Under the pieces are notes generated by a model. It did no database searches, was not told the DNA's origin, and saw only the letters and a program-made list of their open reading frames with translations. A stretch of DNA of 63,913 nucleotides, the filler included, from Thraustochytrium aureum (taxonomy: Eukaryota): the NCBI GenBank assembly GCA_012862495.1. It is 5 parts of 3 records of this genome, joined end to end, with 100 filler letters (N's around TTAATTAATTAA, not from the genome) between each part and the next. Parts side by side here need not be neighbours in the genome. Positions count along the whole stretch, not along the records: positions 59,670 to 63,913 come from BLSG01000360.1; 4 more parts are not named here. One strand, written 5' to 3'. How positions within the stretch are numbered: the stretch's first letter is position 1; the number at the start of each line of letters is the position of its first letter. This document shows, in pieces, positions 60,623-63,913 of the stretch. The position numbers were made by a program, and so were the translations under genes.

Positions 60623-62500
60623 CTACAAGCGCGGGTCTTCGTCCTTGACTACGTAGGTTGCTTCGGGAATGTCGCGCGCAGCGGATATTGCAGTGGGAGC
60701 GACCGCGCTGTCTGTGGCGCTGGAAGCCGTCGCGGACGCACCTTTGTATGCTCCGTTGACGAGAATGCCGACCAAGATACCGAGCACAGCCGCCCCGACA
60801 GCAATGCCAATCGTAGCTCCAGCAGACAGGCCCTGCGCAACATTTGTGCTCGATTCGACCGGAGAGGAGGGCCCGTCATCGCCTGGGTCGATGAAGGTGG
60901 GCGTTGGAGCCTGCGTCACAATGTCGGGCTGGTCCCACGGCAAGCCGGGCTTGCTGCTTCCGACATAAACTTCGGAGGCCTCGACGACTTGGCCCGTGAT
61001 GAATTGGTCAGTGGATCGACGAAGGCACACCGTGGTGATGCCGCTGTCATTATTGGGCTCTTGCTTCACGTTGGCGAGGACGCAAGCGTGAATGCTTGTT
61101 CTGCTGTCGAATCCGAAACTGTTGCCGCTCGCCCCAGCAAACTCTATAGCACTTGCGTAGAACGTCAACGACCGCTGGCCAATCAACCAGGACCCNNNNN
61201 NNNNNNNNNNNNNNNNNNNNNNNNNNNNNNNNNNNNNNNNNNNNNNNNNNNNNNNNNNNNNNNNNNNNNNNNNNNNNNNNNNNNNNNNNNNNNNNNNNNN
61301 NNNNNNNNNNNNNNNNNNNNNNNNNNNNNNNNNNNNNNNNNNNNNNNNNNNNNNNNNNNNNNNNNNNNNNNNNNNNNNNNNNNNNNNNNNNNNNNNNNNN
61401 NNNNNNNNNNNNNNNNNNNNNNNNNNNNNNNNNNNNNNNNNNNNNNNNNNNNNNNNNNNNNNNNNNNNNNNNNNNNNNNNNNNNNNNNNNNNNNNNNNNN
61501 NNNNNNNNNNNNNNNNNNNNNNNNNNNNNNNNNNNNNNNNNNNNNNNNNNNNNNNNNNNNNNNNNNNNNNNNNNNNNNNNNNNNNNNNNNNNNNNNNNNN
61601 NNNNNNNNNNNNNNNNNNNNNNNNNNNNNNNNNNNNNNNNNNNNNNNNNNNNNNNNNNNNNNNNNNNNNNNNNNNNNNNNNNNNNNNNNNNNNNNNNNNN
61701 NNNNNNNNNNNNNNNNNNNNNNNNNNNNNNNNNNNNNNNNNNNNNNNNNNNNNNNNNNNNNNNNNNNNNNNNNNNNNNNNNNNNNNNNNNNNNNNNNNNN
61801 NNNNNNNNNNNNNNNNNNNNNNNNNNNNNNNNNNNNNNNNNNNNNNNNNNNNNNNNNNNNNNNNNNNNNNNNNNNNNNNNNNNNNNNNNNNNNNNNNNNN
61901 NNNNNNNNNNNNNNNNNNNNNNNNNNNNNNNNNNNNNNNNNNNNNNNNNNNNNNNNNNNNNNNNNNNNNNNNNNNNNNNNNNNNNNNNNNNNNNNNNNNN
62001 NNNNNNNNNNNNNNNNNNNNNNNNNNNNNNNNNNNNNNNNNNNNNNNNNNNNNNNNNNNNNNNNNNNNNNNNNNNNNNNNNNNNNNNNNNNNNNNNNNNN
62101 NNNNNNNNNNNNNNNNNNNNNNNNNNNNNNNNNNNNNNNNNNNNNNNNNNNNNNTTGACAACATGTTGGTCAAACTCGCGCAAGCGATGGCGATCACGCT
62201 GTCCATCCATGCGACCTCCACTCGATTGCAGGGCACGGTAAACTCGGGCACAGTCAACTCGGTCCAAACGGCGCCCTGTGGGTCGTGGCTCACCACGACC
62301 TCGCTGGGCCCAGCAGCATGCCTGTTCATCACAGCGATGCAGCTGTCAGACCCGCCTTGGTCGCAGCCAACCACGAGCTGGCCTTGTCCGCCAGAAAACG
62401 CCTTGTCCGCGCTCTCACGGATGGCGGCTTTGAACAGCCTCTCCGTCGCCAAGGCGCCGGGGGGCACCATGGCAACGAGCAGTGCCAGAACAGCCCTCAT
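60623..62500 (-). CDS. Type-I membrane protein family copy 3; gap 61196-62154
   Basis: MRAVLALLVAMVPPGALATERLFKA, VGCDQGGSDSCIAVMN, PCNRVEVAWMD; C-terminal TM and PEATYVVKDEDPRL*. Confidence 0.82.
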   Translation of the reverse strand: MRAVLALLVAMVPPGALATERLFKAAIRESADKAFSGGQGQLVVGCDQGGSDSCIAVMNRHAAGPSEVVVSHDPQGAVWTELTVPEFTVPCNRVEVAWMDSVIAIACASLTNMLSXXXXXXXXXXXXXXXXXXXXXXXXXXXXXXXXXXXXXXXXXXXXXXXXXXXXXXXXXXXXXXXXXXXXXXXXXXXXXXXXXXXXXXXXXXXXXXXXXXXXXXXXXXXXXXXXXXXXXXXXXXXXXXXXXXXXXXXXXXXXXXXXXXXXXXXXXXXXXXXXXXXXXXXXXXXXXXXXXXXXXXXXXXXXXXXXXXXXXXXXXXXXXXXXXXXXXXXXXXXXXXXXXXXXXXXXXXXXXXXXXXXXXXXXXXXXXXXXXXXXXXXXXXXXXXXXXXXXXXXXXXXXXXXXXXXXXXXXXXXXXXXXXXXXXXXXXXXXXXXXGSWLIGQRSLTFYASAIEFAGASGNSFGFDSRTSIHACVLANVKQEPNNDSGITTVCLRRSTDQFITGQVVEASEVYVGSSKPGLPWDQPDIVTQAPTPTFIDPGDDGPSSPVESSTNVAQGLSAGATIGIAVGAAVLGILVGILVNGAYKGASATASSATDSAVAPTAISAARDIPEATYVVKDEDPRL

Positions 62501-63016
62501 CCTGCTCTGCGTTCGACCTGTTGACGTGCGCTACTCGCTGCAACCGGGGCTCGATGCGATCCGGGTCTGCTGGCACTGGCTGCAACAACGGTGCGCGTGC
62601 GCTATCGGCAGGTACTCTACCACTCTTCGAGTAGGTGCTGCCCCGAAGGCAAGTGCAGGAGAGCTCTCTCGAGAGGGTGTGTAGTAGCTTGGTGAGTTGT
62701 CACTGGCCAGTTCCGAGGCGGGCAAGCTCCCTTCGCGCTGAAAAGGTGCTTCTTTTTTCGTTTTGGTGGTCGAGAACTCGACGACAAGGATGGGAGTGCA
62801 GGGTCATGGCAAGTGGCAAGTGGCAACTCGCAAGTGGCATGGCATGGCAGAGAGAGAGTAAGTGTGCAAGGAGGCTCCGACTTTGTCCAGTTCTCGGTCG
62901 CCAGCAGCAGAAATCTCAAGATAGACACTTGACATTCAGGAATGAAAAAAGGGAAGTGATCCTGGATCTGTGCGCGAAAATGCATCGCGTGTCCATCGCG
63001 GGCCTATAGACGCGTC

Positions 63017-63237
63017 GGGTCTTGGCCCTCGGCTACGGGTCTTGGCCCTCGGCTACGGGTCTTGGCCCTCGGCTACGGGTCTTGGCCCTCGGCTACAAGT
63101 CTTCGCCCTCGACTACGGGTCTTGGCCCTCGGCTACGGGTCTTCGCCCGCGGCTACGGGTCTTGGCCCTCGGCTACGGGTCTTGGCCCTCGGCTACGGGT
63201 CTTGGCCCTCGGCTACAAGTCTTCGCCCTCGACTACG
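63017..63237 (+). repeat. 20-bp minisatellite, about 11 units, with 120-bp higher-order structure
   Basis: Unit gggtcttggccctcggctac; the variant acaagtcttcgccctcgactacg recurs 120 bp apart (about 63095 and 63215). Confidence 0.95.
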
Positions 63238-63913
63238 TAGGTTGCTTGGGGAATGTCGCGCGCAACGGATATTGCAGTGGGAGCGACCGCGCTGTCTGTG
63301 GCGCTTGAAGCCGTCGCGGACGCACCTTGCTTTGCTCCGTTGATGAGAAGGCCGACAAACACACCGATTACAGCCGCCCCGATTGCAGCGCCAATCGTAG
63401 CTCCAGTTGAGAGGCCCAGCTCACCAGTTGTGCTCGATTCGCCCTCGCCTGCGCCCTGGCCTGGTTCGACGAAGCTGGGCGTGGGGGCTGCGTCACGATG
63501 TCGGGCTGAAACCACGGAAAGCCGGGGCTTGGTGTTGTCAACCACAATTTCGGAGGCCTCGACGACTTCCCCGGCGGAGCGGCGAAGGCATACCGTGGTG
63601 ATTCCGACGTAATAGAGGGAATACTGCTGATTCGGATTGGCGAGAACGCAAAAGTGCGAGCTTGATGAGCTGTCGAAGCCGAACGTGTCGCCACTCGGCC
63701 CATCAAACTTAATCGAACGCGCGTCGAACCTCAACGACCGCTGGCCAATCAACCAGGACCCATCGCGAATGTCGAGCGAGGCATAGCTGCGCCTTGTGAC
63801 GGTCAAAAATGGAGAAAACTCAGGGCGGATGGCAGTCCAGTGGACCAAAAGCGTGCTGGTCGCGTAGTCGTAAGCGCTCGACGGCTGGGAAATGAGGGTC
63901 TCCGTCGCGCCAG
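63213..63913 (-). CDS. Type-I membrane protein family copy 4 (3' part; continues beyond the window)
   Basis: LLVHWTAIRP, LDIRDGSWLIG, FGFDS, ITTVCLR, APTP, TM IGAAIGAAVIGVFVGLLI, PQATYVVEGEDL*; compensating frameshifts near 63490-63525. Confidence 0.8.
   Translation of the reverse strand, partial: GATETLISQPSSAYDYATSTLLVHWTAIRPEFSPFLTVTRRSYASLDIRDGSWLIGQRSLRFDARSIKFDGPSGDTFGFDSSSSSHFCVLANPNQQYSLYYVGITTVCLRRSAGEVVEASEIVVDNTKPRLSVVSARHRDAAPTPSFVEPGQGAGEGESSTTGELGLSTGATIGAAIGAAVIGVFVGLLINGAKQGASATASSATDSAVAPTAISVARDIPQATYVVEGEDL

Noticed and set aside
63017..63237. Repeat array as CRISPR
   Set aside because: Head-to-tail 20-bp units with no unique spacers, no cas genes, eukaryotic context
1..63913. 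tRNA, rRNA or intact transposase/reverse transcriptase genes
   Set aside because: None recognised by eye; tRNAscan-SE and Infernal would be needed to exclude small RNAs

Overview
GC-rich, gene-dense, intron-poor eukaryotic draft scaffold with 21 N-gaps, four of them carrying an artificial TTAATTAATTAA spacer. Introns are GT-AG with GTAAGT donors and CTAAC/CTGAC-like branch points. Gene content and style suggest a flagellated stramenopile such as a labyrinthulomycete/thraustochytrid; this is inference only. Many genes are broken by single-base indels in short homopolymers, most likely sequencing errors. Positions 1-47.4 kb hold mostly housekeeping genes: eEF1B-gamma, a tandem SERHL-like hydrolase, SF3A1, an FKBP-TPR-cyclophilin, a CBS protein, an inositol 5-phosphatase-C2, Fpg, a vWA/beta-propeller membrane protein, ABHD10-like, JmjC, ASNSD1, FSH1, ARM-IQ, PH-Costars, RSPH14, PCH2/TRIP13, PFKFB and KRI1. 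Positions 48-63.9 kb look like an accessory island: a HET/TIR-like + TPR gene, a tandem array of at least 4 divergent type-I membrane proteins (Asp-boxes visible in copy 1), and, inside that array, an apparent caleosin/peroxygenase-lipoxygenase fusion gene (55837-58133, minus strand). That fusion is the top candidate for an undescribed system: a single-polypeptide oxylipin pathway.
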